This document shows, one piece after another, positions 44,000 through 54,858 of a DNA stretch of 59,454 nt. Made by a program: the position numbers and the translations under genes. Source of the stretch: Prasinococcaceae sp. CCMP 1430 (Eukaryota; Plantae; Prasinodermophyta); assembly GCA_013416795.1 (NCBI GenBank), contig RQSC01000032.1, forward strand, positions 853,566 through 913,019. The letters are read 5' to 3'. The stretch's first letter is position 1. Every line of letters begins with the position of its first letter. The notes beneath the pieces are model-generated. The model did not search any database. It was not told the DNA's origin and was given only the letters and a program-made list of their open reading frames with translations.

Positions 44000-45953
44000 G
44001 GTTCTGGAGGTGGCGGCAGCGGCGCGAGCGGAGGCGGAGGCGGAGGCCGAGGCGGAGGCGGCGCAGGCGGTGCTGCTCGCGAGCGAGGGCGCGCGCGGGG
44101 GAGGTGGGCGGCGCGGGCGACTGACGCGCCTGCATGCACGCGCGCGCCCCGCGAAGCGAGCGACGCCAGCGCCGACCGTGGACCTCCAGGCGCAGTACTA
44201 TGCAGCGCAGCAGCAGGCCGCCGCGCAGGCCGCGCTGCGCCCGCCGCCGCCGCCTGCGCCGCCCGCCCAGACAGGCGTGCCATGGGGGTGGATGTTCGCA
44301 GGAGGCGCTATCGTCTTCGCCGGCATGAAGGTGCGCTCGCGCAACGCGCGTGGCGCGCACTCGCATGGAGGCGCGCGCAGATCGGGGCCGCGTCCGCGCC
44401 CGCTTTGTCGCTCCGGGCGTCCACCGCTGACGCAACTGCCCGCCCCTGCCCCCCATCCCCCACCCGCACCCCCATCCCACCCCAATCTTCCTGGTCGCAC
44501 GCCACATGGTGGTTGGCCTGGCGCGTTGCCGCCGCCGCGCCATAGGCCGTGGAAATGGTCAAGGGCGCGCCCGCCAAGATGCAGCAGACCATGATGGAGC
44601 AGATGATGAAGCAGGCGATGAGCGGCGCCGGCGGCATGCCTGGCGGCATGCCTGGCGGCATGCCTGGCGGCTCGCCGTTCGGCGCGCCAGGTGCGTCGCC
44701 GTTCGGGGCGCCGCCTGGCGGCGCAGGCTCACCGTTCGGTGCCGGCTTCCCGACACCGCCCGCTGCGGGCGCGCCAGGCTTCGGCGCGGCGGCGTCGGCG
44801 CCGTCGAGCCAGACGGTGGACGTCACGGCTAAACCGGCCGAGCCGGCGAGCGCGCCGAGCAGCACTGCAGCATCCGCGAGCAGCACGACGCCGTCGGCCG
44901 CGGCGGCGGGCGCAACCTCGCCGCCGCCCTTCGGCACCGAGCCCGCCGCGCCCACCGCGACGAAGGAGGAGGCCGCCAAGGAGGAGGGCACCAAGGAGGC
45001 GCCCGCCAAGGAGGGGGCCGCCAAGGCGGAGCCTGCAGCGTCCGCCGCGGCCGCCGCGCCGGCCGCGTCGTCGTCCGTGTTCGGCGATGTTGACCCGGCC
45101 GCCGAAAAGGCGAAGGCGGAGGCCGCCTCTAATGTGCCGCCGGCCGGTGGCGGCACCTTCTTCGCCGACGCCGAGGTGGTGGGTTCGGCGGGCGCGGGTA
45201 TGGGCGAGGGCAGCATTCCGGGGGCGGACGCGGGCGCGACCAACGGCGGCGGCGGCGCCGCGGGCGGCATGTTCTCCATGGACACCATCGAGAAGCTTCT
45301 GGAGGACCCCAAGGTGCAGGAAATGGTGTACCCTTACCTGCCCGAGGGCATGCGCAACCCGGACACGTTCAAGTGGATGATGTCCAACCCGGCCTACCGC
45401 CAGCAGATGGAGGAGATGCTCACGAACATGTCGACCGACGACCTCAACGCGATGGGCGGCGGCAACTTCGACATGAACAGCCCCGAGGTGAAGGCGCAGT
45501 TCGACGCCATCGGCACCTCGCCCGAGGAGGTCATCCAGAAGATCATGGCCGACCCCGAGCTGGCGATGGCCTTCCAGAAGCCGAACGTGCAGAGCGCCAT
45601 CATGGACTGCTCGAACAACCCGCAGAACTACATGAAGTATGTCAACGACCCCGAGGTTATGCAGGTGTTCGAGAAGGTCCGCGCGCGCGCTCGCGAACTC
45701 GTCGCGGCAGAGTTCGATGCGGCGGCGCTGCCTGACGCGCGCGCATGTTTTGGAGGGAGCTTTTGGCGGTGTCGCGCCCGCATGCACGCTGACGACCGCT
45801 GCTACTGCCGCCGCCTCTCTCCCTCCGTTTCTCCCGCTGCAGATGCAAGGCTTGTTCCCGCAGGCTCCCAACACCCCGATGCCGCCCATGGGCGGCATGC
45901 CGCCCATGGGCACGCCGCCTCCCATGCCGGGCACACCGCCGCCGCAACAGTAG
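44000..45953 (+). CDS. TIC40: Chloroplast inner-envelope translocon co-chaperone Tic40; introns 44331-44545 and 45677-45842; 5' end unresolved
   Basis: TM WGWMFAGGAIVF; MMEQMMKQAM; EDPKVQEMVYPYLPEGMRNPDTFKWMM and STI1 domain NSPEVKAQF...CSNNPQNYMKY. Confidence 0.92.
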
Positions 45954-46113
45954 GGAGGCCTGCCGAGTGTACGGAATCAAGCTGTTTATGACGTGGACCC
46001 CTCCTCTCTATCGCGCGCGCGTGGCGGGCGCGCGTGTGCCCGCGAGTGTGCTATAGAACAGCTGTTTGGTACGTTACTGTGCGCAATATTCCCGCGTCCT
46101 GAGGTCGCTGGCT

Positions 46114-47154
46114 TTAGATGGTGGCGGCCATCATCTCCGCGAGGTCGACCACGCGCTGCGAGTAGCCCCACTCGTTGTCGTACCACGACACGACCTTGAG
46201 GAGGTCGTCGCCCATCACCATGGTGAGCGCGGCATCGACGGTGGTCGAGACGTCCGTGCAGCGGAAGTCAACCGACACGAGCGGCTCGTCGGTGATGGCG
46301 AGCACACCCTTCATCTCGCCCTCGGCGGCCTTGCGGAAGGCGTCGTTGACCGACTCGGCGGTGACGGGCTTCGAGGTCTGCACCACGAGGTCGACGACCG
46401 ACACGTTGGGGGTCGGCACGCGGAGCGCGATGCCGGTGAGCTTGCCCTTCATCTCCGGCAGCACGAGCGCCACGGCCTTGGCGGCGCCGGTGGTGGTCGG
46501 CACGATGTTGAGCGCGGCGGCGCGCGCGCGGCGCATGTCGCGGTGCGACGCGTCGAGCAGGCGCTGGTCGCCGGTGTACGAGTGGGTGGTGGTCATCAGG
46601 CCCTTGACGATGCCGACCTCCGCGTCGAGCACCTTCACGAAGGGCGCGAGGCAGTTGGTGGTGCACGAGGCGTTGGACACCACGGTGTCGTCAGCCTTGA
46701 GGTCACCGGCGTTGACGCCCACGACGTAGGTCGGCACGTCGTCACCCTTGCCCGGGGCGGTGATCAGCACCTTCTTGGCGCCGGCCTCAATGTGCTTGCC
46801 CGCGCCCTCCTTGGTGAGGAACACGCCGGTGCCCTCGATGACGAGGTCGATGCCCATGTCCTTCCACGGCAGGGCGGCGGGGTCGCGGCCCGACACAACC
46901 TTGATGGGCTTGCCGTCCACCGAGATGGTGGTGTCGTCGACGATCTGCACGTCCGCGTCGAAGGTGCCGAGGGTCGAGTCGTACTTGAGGAGGTGCGACG
47001 CCTGCTTCACACCGCCCGAGTCGTTCACGGCGACGACCTCCATGTCGGTGGTCTCGCGGCCGTGCAGGCAGCGGAGGAAGTTGCGGCCGATGCGGCCGAA
47101 GCCGTTGATGGCCACCTTGACGGTGCCAGTGGCCTGCTGGCGGCGGGTGGCGCC
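46114..47154 (-). CDS. GAPA: Chloroplast glyceraldehyde-3-phosphate dehydrogenase A; last exon shown, transit-peptide exon unresolved
   Basis: [54 protein letters not shown]; no CP12-like C-terminal extension; CAG acceptor at 47155. Confidence 0.96.
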   Translation of the reverse strand, partial: GATRRQQATGTVKVAINGFGRIGRNFLRCLHGRETTDMEVVAVNDSGGVKQASHLLKYDSTLGTFDADVQIVDDTTISVDGKPIKVVSGRDPAALPWKDMGIDLVIEGTGVFLTKEGAGKHIEAGAKKVLITAPGKGDDVPTYVVGVNAGDLKADDTVVSNASCTTNCLAPFVKVLDAEVGIVKGLMTTTHSYTGDQRLLDASHRDMRRARAAALNIVPTTTGAAKAVALVLPEMKGKLTGIALRVPTPNVSVVDLVVQTSKPVTAESVNDAFRKAAEGEMKGVLAITDEPLVSVDFRCTDVSTTVDAALTMVMGDDLLKVVSWYDNEWGYSQRVVDLAEMMAATI

Positions 47155-48934
47155 CTGCGAGAAGTGCGCGAGACGAGAGCGCGAGCGGTTGGGCGCCGGG
47201 GCGCGCGTCAGCACGTGATCCGCGCGGCGCCCAGCTGGCGACCGCCGCAGCCGCCGCGTTCGTGCGCACGCGCGGCGCGAGGATGCGCGGGGAGGCGCTC
47301 TCAATCCGTGGTGTGCACTCCCCACGGGCGACGCTTTCCGCCCTCGATTTCCCACGTCAAAACGCACGCGACGCGCGCGGGGCGTCGTGCGGGCGCCCGC
47401 GCGCGCCCCAACGGCTCCAACGGCTACGAAAACGGCCTCAACGTTCGGAACCGCGGCAAATGTGCGCGCGCGCCGCGCGGGGCGGAAGGCGTTCCGATAT
47501 CTGGCGCGCCGGAGCATCGCGCGCCGAAATCGCTTTGCGTGAAACGAACCGCCGCTGGAAGAGGGGCGCCGGCCCGGCCGATGGAAGAAACGGACGCGGG
47601 AACGGGCGCGGCGCCCGCAGCGGCAACACCCGCGGAAAACGCGGAAGGAGTGCGCGCGAAATATGCGGGAGAGCGAGGGGCGCAGAGGTGCGCGGCGATG
47701 GGCAAANGGTCGAAGTTGGCCGTCTCGACGGCGCGCGCGCGCGCGCCGAAAGCGCGCTCCGCGCGCCCCGTTCGCGTGCCCCCTGACCACACCACGCGGA
47801 ATACAACGCCCGAATATTCCGAGAATTGTTTTTTTTACGGGGCCGCGCCGCGCGGCGCGCGCGCGCGCGCGCGCGGATCGGATAAGCCAACCCCAACCCA
47901 AACCCCGCGCGCGCGCGACGCGCGCGCCGTCGCCGCCGTACACATGTCATGTGACATATACCATAAACCCTATTGCACAGATGCTACCTCAAAGGACGCC
48001 GCGAGGTTCCAACCGCCGCCGCAGTATGCCGCCGCACCGCGCCGCGCCGCGCGGAGGTTGAGGTTCGGGGTCGGTTCCTGGCCCGCGCGCGCCGTTTTTT
48101 TTTTCTCGAAGGGGAGGCGGAAAAAAAAACACCCCACGCCAAAACCAATTCGGATGTCCGAATGCGTGGCCCATCCATCCATCAGTCAGGGAAAAGCATT
48201 TTAAAAAAAACGTCACACAACGTCGGGGGGGCGTGGGAGCGGTAGGTTCGTTCGCATGCGAAGCGCCGTTGGAAATAAACCCTTTTTTGCGAGACCCGAA
48301 GAACGGGCGGGCGCGCGCGCGCCCCTCGCGCGCGATCCGCGGCGGCCTGCGCGTGTGGTGGACGGCGCGCGCCGCACGCGCCGTCCACCACACGCTGGAG
48401 GAGGGAGGTGCGGGGAGGGGCGCGNGTGCGCGCGAGCCGCGCGCGGCAGCGCGGGCGTGCGCGAGCGCGTGTGGTGTGCGTGCGGCTCGCCGTGTGGAGC
48501 GGCGCGGCGCCGAGGACGGACGCGCCGCGGCGCCGACCGGGGCGAGGGTGTGCCTGGGGGGCGCGGCGCGGCGCGCAGCGGCGCGGCTTGTTCGGAGGCG
48601 AGCCGCGGACAGCGGGGAACCCAGGGGACGCGGTGCCGAGGGCTGACCCGGCTGGCGCCGTGCTCCTCCCGGAAGCTCCCACTCCGTTCAGACTCGCTGC
48701 GGGCACGGCGCATACGGCGCGAGTGTGGGCGTGCACTGGCTGCGCGGCGTGGGTCGCGCGGCTCCTGCGTGACACGCGCAGTGCGCGAAGCGCGGTGGGC
48801 TCTTCCCGAGGCGCGCTCCCGCTGCCCGTCTCAGGCGGTGGCCGCATGCTGTTCCCCTCGCTGCGCGAGTTGATTCGAAGACCGTTATTAGAGCGCCCGC
48901 AAGCGGAGCCCAGCAGGGCGTGCGGGCACCGCTC

Positions 48935-51175
48935 TCACTTGTCGAGCGGCTGTATGGGAAGCATGCCGGCCTCGCCGAGGCCCTTGACGAGCGCTGCCTG
49001 CCACGGGTCGACCGCGTGCAGCCCCTCCACCACGCCCGAGTTCATGCCCGCGCGCACGGCGGCACCGAGCGCCACGGCCTCGTCCGGATTGACGGGGAAC
49101 TCTGGCTCAATGCCCGTGCAGTTGCGCACGATGCGCTGCACGCAGGGCATGCGCGTGGCACCGCCCACCATGACCACCTGCGTGACCGCCATGTAGTCCT
49201 CCTCGATCATCAGGCCGTCCTCGCTCCTCGCGGGACCGCCTCCCCCGCCCCCTTGACGTCGCGGCGATGCGAGCGACGGCGTCAGCGCGACACGTCACGA
49301 CGGCGTGCGAAACGCCGCGAGCTCCCAAACAGGCACGCCAGCGCCAGGGCGCGCGCGCGCGCACCTTTCTTCTGTTTCCTCTTTTGTTTCTTGTTTCGCG
49401 ACTTCTCGCGCTCACGCCGCTCGTTGGCCTGGCGGATGGGCTCGAGCTCCATGCCAGCCTGCTCGAAGCACAGCTCCACGGGCATTCGTAGGCGCCGCAG
49501 CTCGTCCGCGCATATTTTCTCGAGCAGGTTGCGAGTCACGCGCTCCTCCACGCCCACCGGCCCCTCGTCGCTGTCAAAACGGTGCGCGCGGAGGCGAGCT
49601 CTAGTATGTCAGGAGGAGAGGACAGCACCGCCAGCGCATGACTGAGGGTCGCCTGTCGCGCTCGGTATTCTCCTCTCATCCCCCCGACCCCCCCACCCCA
49701 CCCCACACACACCTCCCCGCCCACCCCGCCCGCGCGCACGCACCTTTGCACGAAGAAGGGCAACCGTAGCGTAACCGCCGGATTGTCGGAGAGCGCCTTC
49801 TTGACCGCCTCGGAGGTGGCCGCCAGTCGCTGCATGGCCGCCGGGTCTGCCTTGGCCACGGCGCCAAGCGCTGGCCCCAGCGCCTCATCGAGCACATGCT
49901 CAGCCACGCGCGCGTCGAAGTCGTCGCCGCCCAGCCGCGTGTCGCCGCCCGTCGAGAGGGTCTCCACGATACCGCCGCCAACCACAAGAACGCTCACGTC
50001 GAACGTGCCACCGCCCAGGTCGAACACGAGGATGACCTCCTCGGGCATGTCTGGCCTGAAACCGTACGCCATCGCCGCCGCCACGGGCTCGCGTATGGTG
50101 CGTACGGTGGTGAGACCCGCCGCCTCACCCGCGCGCACCGTGGCGGCCACCGCCTCGTCGCTGAAGTATGCGGGGACGCCGATCACCGCCTTCGTGACGG
50201 GCTCGCCCAACTCGCGCTCGGCGTCGCGCAGCAGTGTCCGCAGCACCTCAGCAGCGATAGCCTCGGGCGCTAGGGCCACACCCAGGGCCGGACAAGTCAG
50301 CGCCGCCGGTGGAGGCTCGGTCAGGGCGGCCATGTCTGCACGCATCGGGCCGTGCGCGCGGAGCTGTCAGCACTCGTGCCGATGGCGCCCCTTGGGCACC
50401 GCGGAACTCGCAGGCGCGCGCGCGCGATGGCGCGCGCCCGTACGCCTGCTCGACCTTCCACGCGCCAGCACACGACCAGCCAGCCTGCTGCTGCGCAGGC
50501 ACGCACCGTCAAAGTCCTCGCCGTCGGCCTCGGCCTCCACCTCCTCAGTCTCGCCCGCAACTACGCCGTATGGAACGGCAGCCGCGGCCGCGTCGCACTC
50601 TTTCGAGCCAGCAGCAAGCCCCATAAACCTTTTGGCGCTGTAGAATGTGTTCAGCGGGTTGACAGCCGCCTGTCGCTTGGCGATGTCGCCCACGAGGACG
50701 TTCACGGAGCCATCTGGAGAGCGCGCGTGCGTCAGCGACAGCATTGCTGGTACCCGCGCGGGCGCACGGGAGCGCAGTGGCGCGCGAGTGCACGGGAGCG
50801 CAGTGGCGCGCGGGCGCGCACACGCGGCGAGCGCGAACGAGCGCGCTCACCATCATCGTCAGTGACGAACGCGACGACGCTCGGCGTTGTCGGATCGCCC
50901 TTGGCGTTGCGCACGATGCGCGGTGTGCCCGTGGCAGGGTCGATGATGGCCACGCATGAGTTCGTCGTGCCCAGGTCGATGCCCGCAATACCCTCGCAGC
51001 GCACCACCACGCGCGTCGCGCGCGGCCGTGGCGCACGCTGCCGTGACGCGCGCGGTTGTGATGCGCATGGCTGCCTCGCGCGCACCCCACCGCTGTGCCA
51101 GGCGCCGCTGCCGCCGCCGCCGCCGCCCCGCCGGGGGAGAGGCGCAGCACGTGCGCGCGCCGCCCCAGCCGCCAT
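48935..51175 (-). CDS. Hsp70/DnaK-family protein consisting of a transit-like peptide plus nucleotide-binding domain only; exons 51175-50851, 50713-50507, 50335-49744, 49570-49365, 49251-48935
   Basis: [49 protein letters not shown]. All four introns are phase-consistent. Stop ~35 aa after the NBD. Confidence 0.88.
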
Positions 51176-51895
51176 GCTGTGCACGCGCGCACGCGCGCGC
51201 GTGGCCGCCCGCCCGCCGCGCGGGGGAAGCCCACCCACACCCCGAGCACCCCAGGCCTCCCTCGTGCTCGCGCGCACTCGTGTGCCTCCCCGACACGCCC
51301 GCACCCTCCGCCCCCTGCAACCCTCAAGCTGTGTGTGCGAGCGCAAGAGCGATCGCGCGCGCTCGCATGCTCCGCGTGGCGAGGGTTTTGGGTTAGGGTT
51401 TGGTTGGAATCCTCAAATTTGACGTATTTTTGTTTTGTCGTAGGCGCGCGAATTTTGGGGAGGGTCTGCGCCCAGCCGCTTGTGCATGCGTGCCACCGTT
51501 ACGAAAGCGGCGCAGCGCTCAGGGCCCGGCCAGCCGGCGCCCGAGCACGCCGCGCTCCCGCACGGCCGCGCGCGCTGCGGCACGGGCCGCGCGGAAGGTA
51601 GCGATGGTGTCCTGCCTTGGTGCGCGAGGATGCCGCGCGGTGGGGGTGCGGCTGGCGCGGGGCGCGCGTGGGGGGGGTGGGGGAGAGGGGCAGATTCGCA
51701 GAGGGCGACCAGAGTGCGGCCAGTGTACAACACGACGAGTGCGTGCAAAATATTATGATTTGTCGCGCGGCGGCGAGCGCCGTGTCGGACCACGTGCCGC
51801 CGCGCTGCTTGGTTCCTCGGGCGGATGGGCGGCGAGGCGAAACACGCAGTGCCACCGCCCACGCATGCGCGCGCCAGCGAGCGTCATTGCGCCGC

Positions 51896-52807
51896 TCACT
51901 CGCCGCCGGCGAAAATCATTGGCAGCGCGCTGACCACCGCCTCGCGCAGCCCCTCCGTTGTCGCTGGCCGGTCCAGGTGCATCATCGTGAGGATGCCCGC
52001 GAGCTCGCGATTGGACAGCTTGTGCAGCCGCTCCCTGGCCTTGGCCTTGCCGTCGTCCCCGATCTTCGAGGTGATGCTCAGCGAGGTGATGAGTTGCGCG
52101 ATGGCCAGCGCGTCGTCGGGCGCGACGCCGCCTGCTACGCCCGACTTCTCCTTCTGCGGCTTCTGCGGCTTCTTCTTGGTGGGCAACCTGACGGCCTTCG
52201 GCGCCTTCTGCTTCTTGGGCTTGGCTACGATGACCGGCTTGCCCTCTCGCAGCCTCTGCACGTCGCGGAAGACAGTCGCGTGCGCAACGTCCACGCCCGC
52301 GGCGGTCAGCCACTCGGCGGCGCGCCGGACGGTCGTCTCCTTCTTCATGACGGCCGCGCGCGCGCGCGTGCGCCCTTCGAGCGCGCGCTCAGCCTTAGAC
52401 GCGATGGCATCGAGGCTTTTGACCCACTCCGGCGTCTCGTCCGCCTCCTCGGACTCTGGCAGCGGCTGCGCGCGCCACTGCGAGTAGATGTCCTTCTCGA
52501 CCTGGTTCTCTGCCATCTCGAGCAGCTCCATCTCGAGCTCCGGATTGCTGCGGATGGTCGCCGCGCGCGTGCCGATGGAGTTCACGTGGCCGTCATACCC
52601 GAAGGCGACCTTGAGCGCCGCGCGCGAGGGCTTGCCGTAGCGACCCTTGACCACGCCTCGCGGCAGCAAGCCAGCCGCGGCGCGAATCTCGGCGACGGCG
52701 CACGCGTGCAGCCGCAGCTTCTTCTTCTTGCTCTCGCCCAGCTCGTCGGCGCGCTGGCCGGCCCGTCTGGCCTGCTCGCCCTTGCTGCCCGGATGAGGCA
52801 CCACCAT
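51896..52807 (-). CDS. Lys-rich hypothetical nucleic-acid-binding protein (putative winged HTH plus SAP/Rho-N-like tail)
   Basis: TTVRRAAEWLTAAGVDVAHATVFRDVQRL; C-terminal LHKLSNRELAGILTMMHL...GLREAVV. Confidence 0.6.
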   Translation of the reverse strand: MVVPHPGSKGEQARRAGQRADELGESKKKKLRLHACAVAEIRAAAGLLPRGVVKGRYGKPSRAALKVAFGYDGHVNSIGTRAATIRSNPELEMELLEMAENQVEKDIYSQWRAQPLPESEEADETPEWVKSLDAIASKAERALEGRTRARAAVMKKETTVRRAAEWLTAAGVDVAHATVFRDVQRLREGKPVIVAKPKKQKAPKAVRLPTKKKPQKPQKEKSGVAGGVAPDDALAIAQLITSLSITSKIGDDGKAKARERLHKLSNRELAGILTMMHLDRPATTEGLREAVVSALPMIFAGGE

Positions 52808-53231
52808 GGCGCCGCAGCAGCCCCGCGTCCCGGCTCCGTCCCCCCCCCCCCCCTCCCGCGCGCGCTCTGTGGTCCCCCCCGCGTCGCCGCGCGTCGCGCC
52901 CCGCCGCGCTGCGTCCATCACCGCCCCGCCGAACCCACAACAGCCCGTGCGCAACAGAAAAAAAAACGCGTACCGGTAACGCAGTTTCGAAAAGCAAACG
53001 CAATTCGAGTTTCCAACCCGCGCCCAATTCGCGCGCGGGTCGCGTTGCAGTAAAAGGGGCACTTTCACAACCCTAAACATAAACCCCAAATATCGCACCC
53101 TCTGCCGCCGACCGCCGTACGAATTCGCGCGCGCGCCGGCGTTCCGGTGGCGGCGGCAGGCGCGAATGCGAGTGCGCGCGAGGGAGGGGGAGGGGGAGAG
53201 CGGGAGGGCGAGCGCCACGCGGCGCGCGCGC

Positions 53232-53999
53232 NNNNNNNNNNNNNNNNNNNNNNNNNNNNNNNNNNNNNNNNNNNNNNNNNNNNNNNNNNNNNNNNNNNNN
53301 NNNNNNNNNNNNNNNNNNNNNNNNNNNNNNNNNNNNNNNNNNNNNNNNNNNNNNNNNNNNNNNNNNNNNNNNNNNNNNNNNNNNNNNNNNNNNNNNNNNN
53401 NNNNNNNNNNNNNNNNNNNNNNNNNNNNNNNNNNNNNNNNNNNNNNNNNNNNNNNNNNNNNNNNNNNNNNNNNNNNNNNNNNNNNNNNNNNNNNNNNNNN
53501 NNNNNNNNNNNNNNNNNNNNNNNNNNNNNNNNNNNNNNNNNNNNNNNNNNNNNNNNNNNNNNNNNNNNNNNNNNNNNNNNNNNNNNNNNNNNNNNNNNNN
53601 NNNNNNNNNNNNNNNNNNNNNNNNNNNNNNNNNNNNNNNNNNNNNNNNNNNNNNNNNNNNNNNNNNNNNNNNNNNNNNNNNNNNNNNNNNNNNNNNNNNN
53701 NNNNNNNNNNNNNNNNNNNNNNNNNNNNNNNNNNNNNNNNNNNNNNNNNNNNNNNNNNNNNNNNNNNNNNNNNNNNNNNNNNNNNNNNNNNNNNNNNNNN
53801 NNNNNNNNNNNNNNNNNNNNNNNNNNNNNNNNNNNNNNNNNNNNNNNNNNNNNNNNNNNNNNNNNNNNNNNNNNNNNNNNNNNNNNNNNNNNNNNNNNNN
53901 NNNNNNNNNNNNNNNNNNNNNNNNNNNNNNNNNNNNNNNNNNNNNNNNNNNNNNNNNNNNNNNNNNNNNNNNNNNNNNNNNNNNNNNNNNNNNNNNNNN
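53232..53999. other. Assembly gap (768 N)
   Basis: N run flanked by GC-rich sequence. Confidence 0.99.
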
Positions 54000-54727
54000 G
54001 CGCGGCCGAGCTCAACCGCGCGTTCGAGGACGCCGGCGGGTGCGCGTACTTGGAGGACTTCGCGCCGGCCGAGGCGGCCGAGGCGCTGCGCGCGGCGGCC
54101 GCGTCGCTCGTGCCCAAGCTCAAGCAGGAGACGGGGTCATACGCCAAAGGGCGAGTCGGCACGCGCCTGCATGGCGCGCCGCTCGAGCGCGCGCTGGCCG
54201 CGCTCGCATCGCCCGAGGCGGAGGCGCACGTGAGTGCGCTCGTGGGCGAGAAGGTCGCCGCCGAGGACGCGCGCATCTTCCCGGTGGACCTGCGCGTGTA
54301 CCGCGGCGGTGCGAGCATGGGCTGGCACAAGGATGAGCTGCTGTACGACCGACCGCACTACGAGCTCGTTTACACGTTGTGGAACTCCACGGATTCGCGC
54401 ACGCTGTGGCGGCCACCCGGCGCTACGGGCAAGGGCGTGGAGAGCGCCGCCACGCGCCCCAACTCGGCCATCGTGCTGCGCGCGGGCGACGGCGGCGCCG
54501 ATCATTGCGTCACTGAGACCACGCGCGGCGAGCGCGCCATCATCAAGTTGTGCTTCCGCCCCGACGGCGCAGCGCGCAGCGCCAATTTCTATGGCTGCGC
54601 GGACCAGCAAACGTCCGGGAACAAGGCGTGCCTGTCGGCGAAGCAGCTCGAGGCGCTGGTCGAGGGCGGGGCGAGAGGGCACGAGCGCGCGGGGGGAGGA
54701 AAGAGGGGCAAGGCCCGGCGTCGGTGA
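54000..54727 (+). CDS. 2-oxoglutarate/Fe(II)-dependent oxygenase (5' part in or before the gap; possible ATG at 53147)
   Basis: RVYRGGASMGWHKD (HxD), DHCVT (distal H), RAIIKL (2OG-binding R); TGTAA at 54753. Confidence 0.8.
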
Positions 54728-54858
54728 GGAGTGGGGCGCGCCGATGCACTGTTGTAAATCCTGTACACTCAGAGGGTAGGGCGTCAGAGGCGCGCGGCGC
54801 GCGCGGCACAGCGGGTGCGTCGGAATTTGGTGTCCTCTTATGATATAGTTGTGCGTAG

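Noticed and set aside
46114-46200. GapB
   Set aside because: No CP12-like Cys-containing C-terminal extension; ends at AEMMAATI
48256-48900. Small gene between GapA and Hsp70
   Set aside because: Donor- and acceptor-like sites exist, but no consistent ATG-to-stop model with protein-like content; the n at 48425 confounds it
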